A DNA stretch of 61,165 bases from Chiloscyllium plagiosum (taxonomy: Eukaryota): positions 3,267,824-3,328,988 of the forward strand of contig NC_057756.1 in assembly GCF_004010195.1 (NCBI RefSeq), read 5' to 3'. Of the stretch, positions 38,375 to 51,846 are shown one piece after another. Position 1 is the first letter of the stretch; each line of letters opens with the position of its first letter. A model generated the notes under the pieces. That model saw only the letters and a program-made list of their open reading frames with translations, made no database searches and had not been told where the DNA came from. Position numbers and translations under genes: made by a program.

Positions 38375-38532
38375 TACTGTGGAAGGAATCCAGAGCACCC
38401 GTCAGAAACCCACACAGCCATGGAGAGTCCGTGCAAACTCCACACAGGCAGTTGCCTAAAGGAGGATTTGAAACCAACTTCCAGGTTGACCACAGGGAGG
38501 CACTCCTGACAACAACTGAGCCACTGTGCGGT
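38375..38532 (-). mobile_element. Degenerate HE1-like SINE 5' fragment
   Basis: ctgtggaaggaatccagagcacccgtcagaaacccacacagccatggagagtccgtgcaaactccacac is the V-domain reverse complement. Confidence 0.7.
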
Positions 38533-40973
38533 CCCTCGTGGCTACGGTTACTTCATACTGACAATTACATGTCGAATGTAAATATGCAATTAACAGCACA
38601 GAAAACGTTTTTGCACATTACAAGTCGATAACATGAGCATCCATTAAAAATAAAATGCAACTACATTGTCTTATCTCTGCAAATCGTGATTATAATTGCA
38701 AAATCATACTGAGAAATGTAGTTTTGGTATTTCTTTCTCATGCGCTTAGTTGCTCCTAGCTTTGAGAATGTGCAATGTCTTATGCAGCTTCTCATTCAAT
38801 TAGTGCGCTATTTGCTCCAGGATTGATAAGCGATATATTAGGGAGCTTGATGGCTGCAAACCTAAATTTATTGCTCAGAGATAAGAACATTTTACATTTC
38901 ATGATGCCGAAAGGCATTCATTTGTCAAATATGCAGTGCATGCCCCGACCAGTCCAATCTGAGAATATGCTGAGAAAACACCATACAATTAATTGTCAGG
39001 CAGTGTAGATTACAATTAGAAATTACTTTGCTACCATTGTTACATAACCTAATTGGAAATCCTATTGGTTAATTAACATTGAATGGAATGCACTTTCAGA
39101 TATAAATACCACAATTTCAATTATTAACACGTGCCTTTTCCTGACTCTTAAAAAGCATTGTAACTTAATATGTAGCAGAATAAGAATTTCGTCATTTTGC
39201 ATGGGTTTCCAGCAATTCAGAAATGGAAGTGGGGCTTTTGAGTGTCTTCCTTTTTCTAATTACAAATGTTAATCCCCATCCTTGTGCATAGAACTTGTAC
39301 TTTGAGTTTTGTGTTGATAATAACTTTTCAGTGTTCTCAGTCTTGTACTCTGTTTTTTTAAACTTAAAGTTGATATTGAAGAACAACAGATCAAATATAT
39401 CGTGTATTAAATGCTTTTCAGTTCAGATATTCATGTCTAGTCGGCTTACTCAGCCACACTACCGTATCTTCATTTTGAAATGCAGAACTTACTGAACGAA
39501 AGTTGAAATTCACATCCCCTTCCTCACATTCTTCGAAATGCCGCCCATTATGGAGGAATTACAATTTACGAAAAGCATGATCTAGTTTGTTTTCCAGTTG
39601 CTTCAATGCACTTCATATGAACGAGTATTACAAAATATTAACGCTTTTGAATAACTTTCTATTACCTCATATTTTTTCTCAGCCACACCTTTAATTTGTG
39701 GGATTAATCTGCTTAAACTGCATTTTCAACATCTATCCAAGGAAAGAATCAATAACCTTCCAGGTCGTTCAATTATTCAGTTGCACATAACATAGTATCA
39801 TAATATTTGCACAACCCAGGCGTTTGATAAGCAATTAGTGAAGTATTGGAAATAAAGGAAATCGCATCAATGTGATGTGTCAGCACCAAATGTAGCGTCA
39901 CTTTTGAGTGAAAGCCCTATAATTGCTGTGGTGGTTATCAAGAGCAATATTATACGACACCATCATCAGTTAGAAAGTAATTTTCAGTTGCATTGAAAGA
40001 AACAGTCTCTTTGATCAGTTTAATGTCGCTAATTTATCGATAGATTCTCATGAGTCATTCAAAAATTCAAGCAAGTCTTACATCCGCTCTGCCGCACGAC
40101 AATGTTCTTAATAGTTCAATTGATTGACTAATCTGAGTATACGTTATCCTATACTCAGGTTGATTCATCTCTAGTTCTAATTTATTGAGTCGTGTCCGGG
40201 GCTTGCAGTTCATGATGCGGATGCACTAACAGCATGAACAGACAACACAGTTTTCACGAATCTGTTTTCAAAAACTCATAGTTCTGTAAAAGTGTTTGTA
40301 AAACAGTTCAATCGTATACTCAAAATTAAACACAGTAATTATCCACCATTTTAATCAACTAAATGTGCAATTTTTATTTTCGAGGTAAAAAATTCATATT
40401 CTTGCTTTAGTTGCTTTGACTTCCCAGAGTGATTGAATGTATAGCTGGAATCGTCATTTCTTTACATATAGAAAATTCTGCTTACACGTCAATTTCCAAG
40501 TTTCCTCCTCGTTTCATGATTGCAATTTATCTCCAGTTCAGTTGATGGGTTACAACTATCCATGTAAACGACCAAGGAATAGCTAACGATTTCTCCTTGC
40601 AACTGTTCACTACTTGTTGGAACCACATGATAAGTCATGTTTTGTGATCTGCCGAAACATCTTACAGAACTAATGTCCAGATATTCACTAAAATGGCATG
40701 ACAACATATTCGCCTCAAATTACCTTCGTTTAAAGTGAAAAAGCTGCAATATTCAATTACAGCGCTATTAATACTTAATTTCACATTGACCAGTGAGAGA
40801 CAAATGGTGTTATTGGACAAGCATATGTACGTACATGGAATAGTGTAGGTTAGATGGGCCTCAGATTGGTATGACAGATCGGTGCGACATCTGTAACTTA
40901 ATCCTTTCTTAGAATCAAAGGAGACACATGCACTTATGATATAAATAATTCAAAATGTCCAAGAGTCTGCTTC

Positions 40974-41091
40974 TCATAATCAATCTCTTGAGAAAGAAGA
41001 AGAAGAAGTCATAATCAATCTCTTGAGAAAGAAGAAGAAGAAGAAGAAGAAGAAGAAGAAGAAGAAGAAGAAGAAGAAGAAGAAGAAGAAG
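40974..41091 (+). repeat. (GAA)n microsatellite with a 35-bp tandem duplication of its 5' flank
   Basis: TCATAATCAATCTCTTGAGAAAGAAG... at 40974 and 41009; about 21 perfect GAA units in the second copy. Confidence 0.95.
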
Positions 41092-41720
41092 ACGATCCTG
41101 TGTTGTAATATTGATCTGAGCATAAAATTAAAAGTGATCATTTTGTACGATGGCTCGAGGTTTGAAACAAAAAAAATCCTGCTCTCATTTCCTTATAATC
41201 AGTGGATTAATCTAATGATTCGCTTGTCATCTTATTTCATTTCGATGACAGTTCTTTTGCATGTTACTCCTTACTGCATTGAAAGTTTGTTTTCCTTTTT
41301 TAACCTGCTATCATTCTAAGATTTATTTGTGTGCTCCTGCATTTTGCTCAAAGCGAACTGCTCTTACATGAATTACTTTTACAATTGGTACCTATCAGTA
41401 AGCTCGTGGTAACTCCAAATTTGAACGATAAGACGATTGCCCCCAACGTTTCAGGAGTTAGTTGCTTGTGCCAACATCAAAAAGTGGAATAGGGTATGAA
41501 GCAAACCATTTTTAGACTTCGAATTTGCAACTTTCCAAACAAAGATCTGGTACCATCTGATTTTGGCCCGATGATGGTCAGTGATCTACATTCTCTGCAA
41601 CTCATTTCAAAGTTATATATTTGCAAATGTGTTCAACCTCATTTTGGAACTGTACAATTTTAGAAGGTTGAGTCTGTCAGGACGTTGCTTAATTTCTAAC
41701 AGTATTCCATATATGTATAT

Positions 41721-44700
41721 TGTGACAAAGTTGTCCCTTTAGCAAGGTTAGGTTGTCACTGAGTTTGTTTTTCAGAAAGGTTGTAAAAGTCACAGCTTCC
41801 GAAAAAAATCTATGGTTGGATGGGTTTTAGCCTGACTCAGGCAGAACGCTTTCAAGTTTTAAGAAAACTTGTATAATGAGTGGGAAGCGGGCAGTAATTG
41901 GAGGTCGTTTTCTATTCATTGGTTTGGGTTATAATGCCGGTGTGTGTGTGTGCGTGTGAGAGAGAGAGCATGCATGTACACACGCAAAGAAGGCCATGGC
42001 ACCCTATCTCTCTCTCTGACTTCACTTCAATTATAAGTTGGCTTTCATTTTATGTTTTCTGCCAAAGATTTCTTATATGTATTTTGGAACAGCATCAGTG
42101 AATTGGGATATTATGTTGAGTTTTCGAATGGGATAAGTTATTCGATAGTCTGTTTTCTGGTCGTTATGTTTCCTTCAGTAATCTGTTAAATAAATTATCT
42201 TTTGTTTCAAGCTAAGTGTTCTGACCAGATGATTCTCTCCTCGGATATCTACTGCTTAAAATCAAATAACATTAATCAAAGTTCGTGTCTGAGATTCGTT
42301 CTTGAAATGTCTTGTGGAGTAGTACCTGATTCAAAACGGGCTGGGTGCTCTGTGCAGCATTTGTTTTGTAGGTCCAAATTGGGTTTAGCTTTATTAAAAC
42401 AACGGCAACGAGTGGTCGGGATTAGTTTCTCTTATTCTTGTTGTTGATTTGGTTGATTTAACCTATGCCTGGGATAGCAATGACTCTTTCTGTCACGAAC
42501 ACTTTTGGTAGAAGAAGGTACTTCGGGGATTTTAAGTTTTGTGGTGAAGGCCAAGCTGCAGGAGGTAGCAGGCAAGCTGAACTTGGAGTTGGCTCCTTCC
42601 ATGAGGAAACAAATATGACAGATAATTACACAAGTAGCTCAGTTTTTCAATTTGCTGCAAACACCGTCAAAATCTTTAGAGATGGCCAATGTTCAATTGC
42701 AAATTAAGCAGCTTGATTTGGACGCAAAGGACAAAGAAAGAACAGCAGAAATGCACCAATTTGAATTAGGATTATTAACAGAGGAAAGAGAAAAAGAAAA
42801 AAAATGACTTTAGCAGAAGAGACAGAAACAGAAATCGTTTGAACTTCTGAGATGGACAGGAAGATCAGCTGAAAAAGGATGCAGATGAAGGTTGAGGGTA
42901 AGCTTATTGTAAAATAGTGAGGATGACCGAAACCATCATCGTGAAAGTCCTGAACCTGATTACATATTTTAAAGAATGGTCTAATCTTGATGAGAAGTAG
43001 GTGCAATCCGTTTTCGTCTCAATTGAAAAGTGGCTGAACAAATGTGATGGCCGGTGAATATTTGCGTCTTTATGATTCAAACAAAAGTTGTTGCTAAAGC
43101 TAGTGATATTTTCCAGCAACACATTTTTAAGCTCCGATCCCCAGCATCTGCAGTCCTCAATTTCTCCTAGATATCTGAGGCATATGAATAAGTGAAGAAA
43201 TCCATGTTCAGTGCATATGGGCATGTGCCAGAAGACTACAGACAATGTTTCAGGAATCTAAAGATAGACCCTCTTAAACCCTACATTCTGTTTGGGAGGA
43301 AGCAAACAAAGTAATATTGACAGGTGGATAAGCACATGAAAATAGAGCAAAACTACGATGCTCTCGAGAGACCATTATTTTGATGGAGTTAAAAAAAAAA
43401 CTTCCTGAATTACTGAGAACGCATGTGGAAGAGCAGATGAGCAGCTGAAATGTCTGATGATTCTGAGCTGTTTCATAAAAGAATATTTGTCTTCCAGAAT
43501 CAATTTCAATCCGTGAAGGATAGAATTTGGAGAAAAGAGAAAACCCCACATTGAAAGGGAAATGTGCATCGCGGTGAATATCATAAGGATAACTTGCCAC
43601 ATATTAAAAAGGAAACCCATGAAACACACAGAGAATTAAAAAGTTCTGGTGCTTTCACTGCAATAAAGTATGTCACGTGAAATACAGTGCTGTTGGGTTC
43701 TTCGAAGCACTGGGAAGCCAATGTAGGAAAACAGGACAAGCCAGTGAATTCTGTTAGTGTGGTTAAGGAAAGCACAGTGGAGACTAGAAAGCTGCACAAG
43801 AATATGCAAGCATGTCGGAGGTTGATTAAGGCAGACATGCCAAATCTTCTTTTAAAAAGTATCTGCAAAGGTGAAGTGCATTCGCATAATTAGAAGGAGC
43901 AGATGAAGAGGTTACATTAATAAGAGACACAGGATCCTCTCAATCTGTCGTGTTGAACGTGAGGTGCTGTGCATTTGTGAAGGGCCATGTTCTAACTAGT
44001 AACAGGAATTCACTGTGAGACAAAAATCGCTCAATTATATGAAATGAAGATGGAATGTCCAGTAAAGAATTGAAAGTTAGTGGTATCGCCAAACCCTCAG
44101 CTCCAGGAATCGAATTTGTCCTTGCTGACGAAGTAGCTGGCTGACCCGTAGGAATGCTGCTTAATATAGTTGAAAAGCCAGTGGAATCTCAGGTAAGTCG
44201 ACAATTGCAATACGCAGATTTTGGAATGTTTCCTGACTGTGTGGTAACGAGGTCACAAAGTCATCCACTGAAAGGGGAGAACTTAAGCAGGTAATAATGT
44301 TGAAGCGGAATTTGCAGAGACTCTGATCAAATGGCTCGCGCAAACCAAGGGCTAGTTGATGACAAAGCAAACATCTTTAGCTTAGCTAAATTGATTGAGT
44401 TAAAGCAGGAAAATGAAGAGTCAAAGCAATTTTATCAAAGTACTACACAGAAAAGTAATTCAAATGTTTTCCTAACTGTTATTATTTCAAAAATAATGTC
44501 TTAATGAGGGAATGGAGAATTTCATATATGCAGGCAGATGAGAAAAGAGCAGAAATTCATCAAATCGTATTGCCAAATGGGGTATAAAAAAGGCGATGTC
44601 GCAACTAGCGGCATGAGCTACGTCTTGCGAGTCATTTAGCAGTGCAGAAAACAAAAGCTAAAATACGCAAACGTCTTTACTCGCGTGGACTGCACAAAAA

Positions 44701-47700
44701 TGTCATTGATTTTGGCAGACGTGTCATATCTGACAGATATTTTGAGAACCACAAGCTGTAACAAAACCTGCACCTCAAATACCCATTTCTGCATTTGGGA
44801 ACACTTAATTGATTGCATAGGTCTCCTCCCTCAAACATGAGTGGGATTCAATGTATGTTAACAATAATGGATATATTGGCAACATTTCCAGAGGGTGTCC
44901 CATTACGCAATATCACAGCTCAAAAGATCGTAGCGGTACTTACTCAGATATTTGATTTCGTAAGATCTATTAATAGAGGTACGATCAGAGCAAGGTGCAA
45001 ATTTCAGTTCAAAATTATTTAAGAAGATTATGTACTGTTCTGGAACAAAATAATTTAATCTACTGCGTACAATCCACAATTGCAGGGAATGCTAAAGTTG
45101 TCCTTGAAAATTAACAATCACTTTGAGGGCTTATAATTAATACTGTCCAGATGATTCTTGTAAGGGAGTTCCGTTTGTCCTTTCTGCGACCAGAAATTCA
45201 TCAACTTAATCGGCCAAATTCACTCCATTTTAATTAGGTTTTGTGTATGCAGTGAGAGGACAATTAAATTTGATTAAGGATAAAATATTAATTCAGATTT
45301 CACACACCACAGATCTGGAGCTTGTAGAAAATTTTAGGGAACGATTAAATGGAGCTGGGGATGTGGCCAGACAGCATTTTAAAGTATTGCAGCATACAGT
45401 GAAACAGGAAGCCAACAAGAAGCCAAAAATAACAATTAGGATTTTGATGTTACTTCCGTTGATAGATGAAAGTTTAAACACAAGATTTTGTGGACCTGAT
45501 CAAGTTGGAAGAATATTGAGTGAGGTGAACGACTTGATAGGGACTTCCAACAGAATGAAATCTCATAGAGTGTGTCATATGCATATGCTCAAAAAATACT
45601 TTGACAGGGAAGGAAATCAAAAGGAAAATGTTTTATTGATTACAACACAGAGGGAAAAAAAGAAAAATGCTCAGAGAATTCTAAACTACATATTCCTAAA
45701 ATTAAATTGGGCAATGGGAAAGTTGTCAAAATTAGGATCAACGATTGATTTACCTTCACGAGGAAGATCCACATTACCTGATAGAGTTATTACCATCACT
45801 TGGCGAGACATACGGAAATAAGCTGGGATGTATGAATGTAATTATGCATGTTATAGACTTTGGAGATGAGGCTCCGATTAAGTCAGATCCTTACAAGCAG
45901 AACCTTTAACATTGGCATTGGTTCAAAACGAGATCGAATGTATGCTCTATATGCCATTATTGAAGTGAATTGAAGTGACTGGAACAAACCTGATGTAATG
46001 GTGCCAAAATTATTTGCTATCGAACAGCTAGGTGTGGTAATCGTATTGTCAATTGAGTTGCAAAGACTGATGCTTATCTGATTCCCGATTTGGTGGACAG
46101 TATTGAGAAGGCACAGCAAGCAACTTAAATTAACATCAAACTTACTCAGCCACACTGACAGGAAACTTAGTCAGAAAGACCAAAGGCAACTTCGGCTTTT
46201 GTAACGCCGAATGGGCTAAACCAGTTTCGAGTCATGTCGCATGGCATGAAAATTGCAGCAGCGACATTTCAGAGACTACCAAATAAGGTCATTGTCAGTT
46301 TACCCAACTGTGTCATTTATATTGTTGTCCTGATGATTTGTAGTCATACATGGAAGGATCATTTGCAACATTTATCAGACGTATTCGATTGATTTTGAAA
46401 AGCAAGCTTGGTGGTAAAGCTGGCAAAATTTGACCTTTTTCTGAATCCAAGTTACCTCCCTGGGCCATGGTATTTTACACGGAAAAATTGCCCTACACGA
46501 TGCTCAAAGGCAATTGGGAAATTTCACACCATCATCAAAAAGAACAATAAACGGTTCCTGGGATTGAGTAGATTGTTCTAGGAAATTTGTAACAAATTTC
46601 AGCAGTGTGACTGATCCACTCACTGAATTGTTTAAGGAAGGGAAGAGGTCTAAATGGAAAACGGATTGTTAGAAGCCATTTCACAGCCTGAAAGTTGTGA
46701 TAACCACTGCCCCGGTATTAGCCACATCTAATCACGCAAAGCCATTCAAGGTGCATATCAGTGCAAGTGTTGTAGGTGTCAGTGCTGAGGTCTTGCAAGA
46801 AGAGGCAGAGAAGATAGAAGGACCTATCTGGTATTTCTCCAGGACGTTAAACATTCATCAGCAGAAGTATTCAATGATTGAGAAGGAGACTTGAGTTTGG
46901 TGTTGGCTTTACAACATGTCAGCGCATATCTGAGACAATTATATAAACAGATCATCATCCATTGAATTTGTGGAAAAATTTAAGGACAAGAATGCCAGAT
47001 TGTTGAGATGGACCTTGTTGTTACAGTCATTCAATTTAATAATTTTGCATGCAGCAGAACGATACAACGCAATTGCGGACGCAAGGCTTGAGTGAGAAAC
47101 TGAGGCATTAAGTGTGGGAGTACAAGAGACTAAAACAGAATGTAGTTGGTCATATGTGCATGTTTATGACAGTATAATGAGTATCTATGCTTCAGATGAC
47201 TGAAAAGAAATTGACGGGTTTTCAAAGTGAAGCGACATTTGGACAATGACTGGGACAACTGTGAAAAAGCTGTTACTTTAACAAGATTACGTTGTCCTTG
47301 CGTTTGTTTGTTTTTTCAGAGAAGTTATAAACGACATAGATACTGAAAAATCCGAGTTTGGGTGGATTCTAGGTTCAATTTGTTTACAGCTAATAGAGAA
47401 TACTTCAGGTTGAAGGGTTTCAAGCTTTTTAAAAGACTTATATACTGAAAGGGGATTGGCCAATTCTCGCAGCTCAGCTTTATTTGGTTTGGGTTTTTTT
47501 ATGCAGCAGTGTGTTTGTGGGAAGAAAGGCTGCAGGATCGACTCTTTCCCTCTCTCTCTCTCTCTCTCTCTGACTTCATTGCAGGAAGAACTGTGTTTTA
47601 TTTTGCCTTTTGTTCCAAGGGCTGTTTATGGGGATTGTTGCAAGCATTTTGGAACAGCATCATGAATTTGAGATAGTCTATTGAGTTTTCGAATAGGAGA

Positions 47701-47898
47701 AGGTATTCGGTTTTCTTTTCTCTGTTTTTTGTGTTTCATTCAGTAATTTGTTCAACAAATTCTGCTTTGTTTTAAACTAAGTAGAGTGACCAGCTCATTC
47801 TTTCCTGTAATATCTACTTTGCGGAAAAGAAAGTAGCAAAGTTAGTGTCTGGACTATCTTCTTGAAATATTTTGAGGGGTCTGGCCTGGTCCATAATA
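41721..47898 (+). mobile_element. Near full-length decayed Gypsy LTR retrotransposon with Gmr1-like order gag-PR-IN-RT-RH
   Basis: Diverged LTRs ~41721-42337 (TGTGACAAAG...) and ~47260-47898 (TGTGAAAAAG...); protease IRDTGSSQS at ~43920; integrase DCIGLLP / MLTIMDILATFPEGVPL / TAYNPQLQG at 44810-45090 and RFCGP at ~45485; RT SAFVTPNG at ~46190; RNase H YFSRTLNIHQQKYSMIEKET at 46697-46894. Confidence 0.88.
43109..43168 (+). mobile_element. Short PLE pseudo-LTR fragment inside Gypsy gag
   Basis: ttttccagcaacacatttttaagctccgatccccagcatctgcagtcctcaatttctcct is the reverse complement of the 60317-60375 sequence. Confidence 0.7.
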
Positions 47899-47919
47899 AT
47901 ATCACGCATATCATATTTT

Positions 47920-48250
47920 TAGTTCACAAATTAATGCCACATGACTCACAATATATCTGTAAATACAGTTGAGCTCATTATGATTTTCCTCTGGGAAGAT
48001 AACTAAATATTCTATCCTTACATTTTGAGAGCATCTTCATTGTCCATGGTACATAGAACGGCGTACAATTCAGATTCATCTGCACTTGGTTCTTCTCTTT
48101 GTGTTACAGCCATCAACAAATTCTCATTTCATTTTCGTTCTTGATCAAAGTTTTTAGCGTATTCATGTCATGCATGCTGCTTGCTTTATTCCTTTCAGAG
48201 TTATTATCATGTATTTCACCGAACTCTATTTCGTTTAAGTTTGATACAGC
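47920..48250 (-). mobile_element. Gypsy integrase-RT linker fragment
   Basis: Minus strand MAVTQREEPSADESE resembles LITTQRE at ~45640. Confidence 0.45.
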
Positions 48251-50812
48251 CAAGTAAACCTTTGGTTTAAAATTTTATCTACTACTGGAAATAACATTAA
48301 ATTGTTTCCTCTGGTGTTACAGCGAATTTTTCAGTTATCTTATTCCTATTTGATCTCGCCAACTCACCGTTTGGATTTAGATTTCAACAAAAAAAAGATA
48401 TATGTTTGAAATATGCAATCGGTGAACTTAACGATATCTCATTAACTGATTGCAGTCATCTTTTCACTTCATATCCAAAAGCTAAATCAACTCCACTGAT
48501 TTTTTTTTGTTTCTTAAGTTCATCGTTATTTACAAATTGAAGTTCAAATAGTTTTCTTTTTGTCTGGTTCATCTTGATTTTAACGATCAAGTTAGTTAGC
48601 ACAATTGGAAAACAACAGACGTTTCTGGATAATAAAAAGAGAAATAGAATTGTTCTATTTTGAAGCTATCCACAATTTAATCTGATTGCATGTCTGTGGT
48701 TTTTCAATATCGAGTAAAAAGAAGGAATAGCTCTTCTGCAATTCTACTTGGCGTGGTAGTGCGTGATGGAAAGCACTATGTAATCAATTAGACACATTCG
48801 TTATGGTAAATAAGCAATAATTTCCCAATTTGATTTTTGGTAGATGTCCTGCACAGTCCATGGCCCACAAATGAAGGAAAGATATTAAGGATGTGTGTTT
48901 TATACTTGCTTGTGTCCTTCTAATGGCTGATTTATATGACACACTGTCAAAATTTAACCACATTCCTATATACAACAGTTAAAAATATTTTGCATATTGG
49001 CTTCAGTTTTCCTTACTCCCAACTGAACGCCCTCCCTTGATTCATGAGCTGGTCGCAACACCTCTTTATTTAACCGACGGCTAATTTTACCCCTTTCTGT
49101 AAATGACCAGTCCATTTTTTTCTTCACCTTAACATGTAATATCTCCATCTCATCATCAAGGCATCATTTTCTCAAGGTAGAAACGTTGTGGGATGCACTT
49201 GGAGTCTACTTCTGTGTATGATTTTTCATGCAACGACTTTAGTGTTTTATTCATTTTGAGGTATTTCAGCAAAATTCGGTGAACTGAATATATTCACTTT
49301 GTACTCCGCCTGTACTTTCTTAACTCGACCATTTGATCAAAGATAGTCTCTGATAACTGAACAGCACTTCCATTTTCCTTTTGCCGACCCCTCCCGTTGC
49401 AGTCTTTGCTTTCTGACCACGTTACCACAGAGTACTGAACCAAATCCCAAAAGTTAAACCTTGCAAAACGTGTTACCTGATCTTTCCAATGTCTTTCCAT
49501 CCACAGTGGACATCAATCCCAGTTGTAATCCAGTTGTATCATGACTGAGGCCAAACTGCATTTTTGGAACCGAAATTTTCACCATTGCTCTTCCCATCAA
49601 TGCACCATTAACTTCGCCCTCAAAAATATTATTTCACATTATGGAAAACTGCCCTAACCACGATGTTTTCGACAAACGTTCACCTTTCCTGGCAATGCTT
49701 CTTCGAAATTACGTATCACTTCGTCTCTTATCATCATGTCTTGAATAGCTTTCGTATCTCTTAAAGATTTGCTTTCTTTCCCTGCTGCACCTGGCATACA
49801 TGAATAAACAATATTCATGCAAGCAGATTTTGCAAACAAAACAGTCACTTTCTTTTCAAGCAACCCTTGATTAGATTGTATAAACATCGACAGTTTTTTT
49901 TTCATTTTCACTGTCCTTTCGTTTACAACTTCAATAACGCTCGTTGTCTGTCATGTTTTCCCATGGATTTTCCCTAAAACATCAACAATACACGTTCACA
50001 GAGGCTACATTATTATAGTGAAAATACCTGTTTGTTTTTTCCTTCTCCAACTTAAACAACTCCAGGATACCAATTGGCACCTCCTTTCCTCGTCTTCCTA
50101 CACACGAAAGGCAGTAAATACAACTCTTTAAGCCACAGAATGATCAAACTTTATTTTCTCAAATTTCCTTGAAAATTTCTACATGACTTACATCGGGCAC
50201 GTGGACATAATATCTCACACAGAGTATGTGACCATATCTTACCATGCCTCAATACTTGGCATACAGACCTCGGGGAGGAAGATCACATTGGTCTGTCCAA
50301 TTGCAGTGGATTTTCTACACCGTGCAATGGCAGCTTGGGGGATAGCTGTCCAAGACTTCCAGAAATCCCTTTTACGCGTTGTAATTGCTACAATTCTCAT
50401 ATAAACAATACTTATTTAAACTAGATTGAAAAGCAAGAACATGCTGTTAATGACTCTTTTTTTCTCAATGTCAAGACAGGGGCTAATTTCACATGCATTC
50501 AGTGAAGGCATAAACAATTGTATGGAGTATAGCCTCTGTGTAGGCATGCATACAGTTGTCACTCGGTCGCTACAAGTGCATAACACAGGTTCACCTGGTT
50601 GTAGACGAATATCTAAAAGAACTCAATCGTCTTGTAATTTATTTCCACTCTGGCAGGGTGTGTCAAGGAGATGTGATGTATTGGTAGAGCGAGGATTATT
50701 TAAAAAAAAAACGCTCGTGTGATGGCGCCATAAAACTAAGTCCAGGTCGAAATTATAAAATTTCGCTGGTGGATACGTTGTTGAGGATCAAGGTTTTGAG
50801 TCTGATAGTGAC

Positions 50813-50829
50813 AGATAGATTGATAGATG

Positions 50830-50908
<79 letters not shown>

Positions 50909-50960
50909 GGGAAGATAAAGGGATTTGTGGATGGATGGATGGTTGGATAGATAGATAGTT
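50813..50960 (+). repeat. (GATA)n / (GATG)n microsatellite
   Basis: Perfect GATA run at ~50830-50908 with degenerate flanks. Confidence 0.97.
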
Positions 50961-51410
50961 ATTTGGATGTATAGGTGGATGGGTGGCTCGATGGATTGAT
51001 TAATTGTGACATTGAGAATTAATATGAATCCAAAATTCAGACCCTGATGGGGAGTCTCCGTGATGGGACTTCGAAAAGTTTTGAACTATTGTCGTTATGT
51101 TGATTGGATCATAGGTTTAAAAAAAAACAAGTTGACGATAATAAACAACTTCAGTGAGCAAACCGAGCAGTTTATTAAGCCATTTGCATTTATTATTCGT
51201 CTGCTGAGATATGGTACTTGAAACGAGAATAATGTGCATACTTTGCCCTTCCTCGTCAGCACGTCAGGATTCTCCTGCCGTGTTCTTTCACCTCCATCGA
51301 GGTGTAAGAATCGGTTTTTGATATAGTGAGATTGCAAGAAACATTTCATATTAATAATTTTCTGATTTTAGGCTTCAAAAAATTCATGAAAATGTTAATA
51401 TTTCCATTAA

Positions 51411-51846
51411 CCCCATGGGAGACTGATTAGCAAGGTTAGATCTCACGGAATAGAGGGAGAACTAGCTATTTGGATACAGAACTGGCTCAAAGGTAGAAGA
51501 CAGTGGGTGGTGGTGAAGGGTTGTTTTTTCTGACTGGAGGCCTGCGACCAGTGGAGTGACGTTCGGTGCTGTGTCCTCGATGTTTTGTCATTTACGTAAT
51601 TACTTTGGATATGAGCGTAAGAGGTGATAACAGTCGTGGTACAGTTAGTAATTTTACAGATGACATAAAAATTTGAGTTGTCGTGGTCAGTGAAGACGGC
51701 TATCTCAGATTACAACAGGATGTTGATCGGATGGGCCAATCGTCCGAGAAGTGGCAGATGAAATTTAATTTAGGTAAATGTGAGGTGCTGCATTTTGGGA
51801 AAGCAAATCTTAGCAGGAGTTATACGCTCGAAGAACAAAGAAACCT
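51411..51846 (+). mobile_element. CR1 RT fragment, same subfamily as the palindrome CR1
   Basis: Closely matches 18590-18980; ORF 51683-51892 EDGYLRLQQD...EKWQMKFNLGKCEVLHFGKANL. Confidence 0.9.

Noticed and set aside
40133..40158. 9-bp inverted repeat CTGAGTATA-N8-TATACTCAG
   Set aside because: Short and AT-rich, could occur by chance in 61 kb, and has no supporting context
41023..41319. ORF with a poly-lysine tract
   Set aside because: Translation of the (GAA)n microsatellite; the rest is not protein-like
49250..50400. Further LINE remnant on the minus strand
   Set aside because: Only faint similarity by eye; motifs and boundaries could not be fixed
50813..50960. GATA (Bkm) repeat as a sign of sex-chromosome location
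   Set aside because: Short GATA tracts are ubiquitous; nothing in the sequence supports sex linkage
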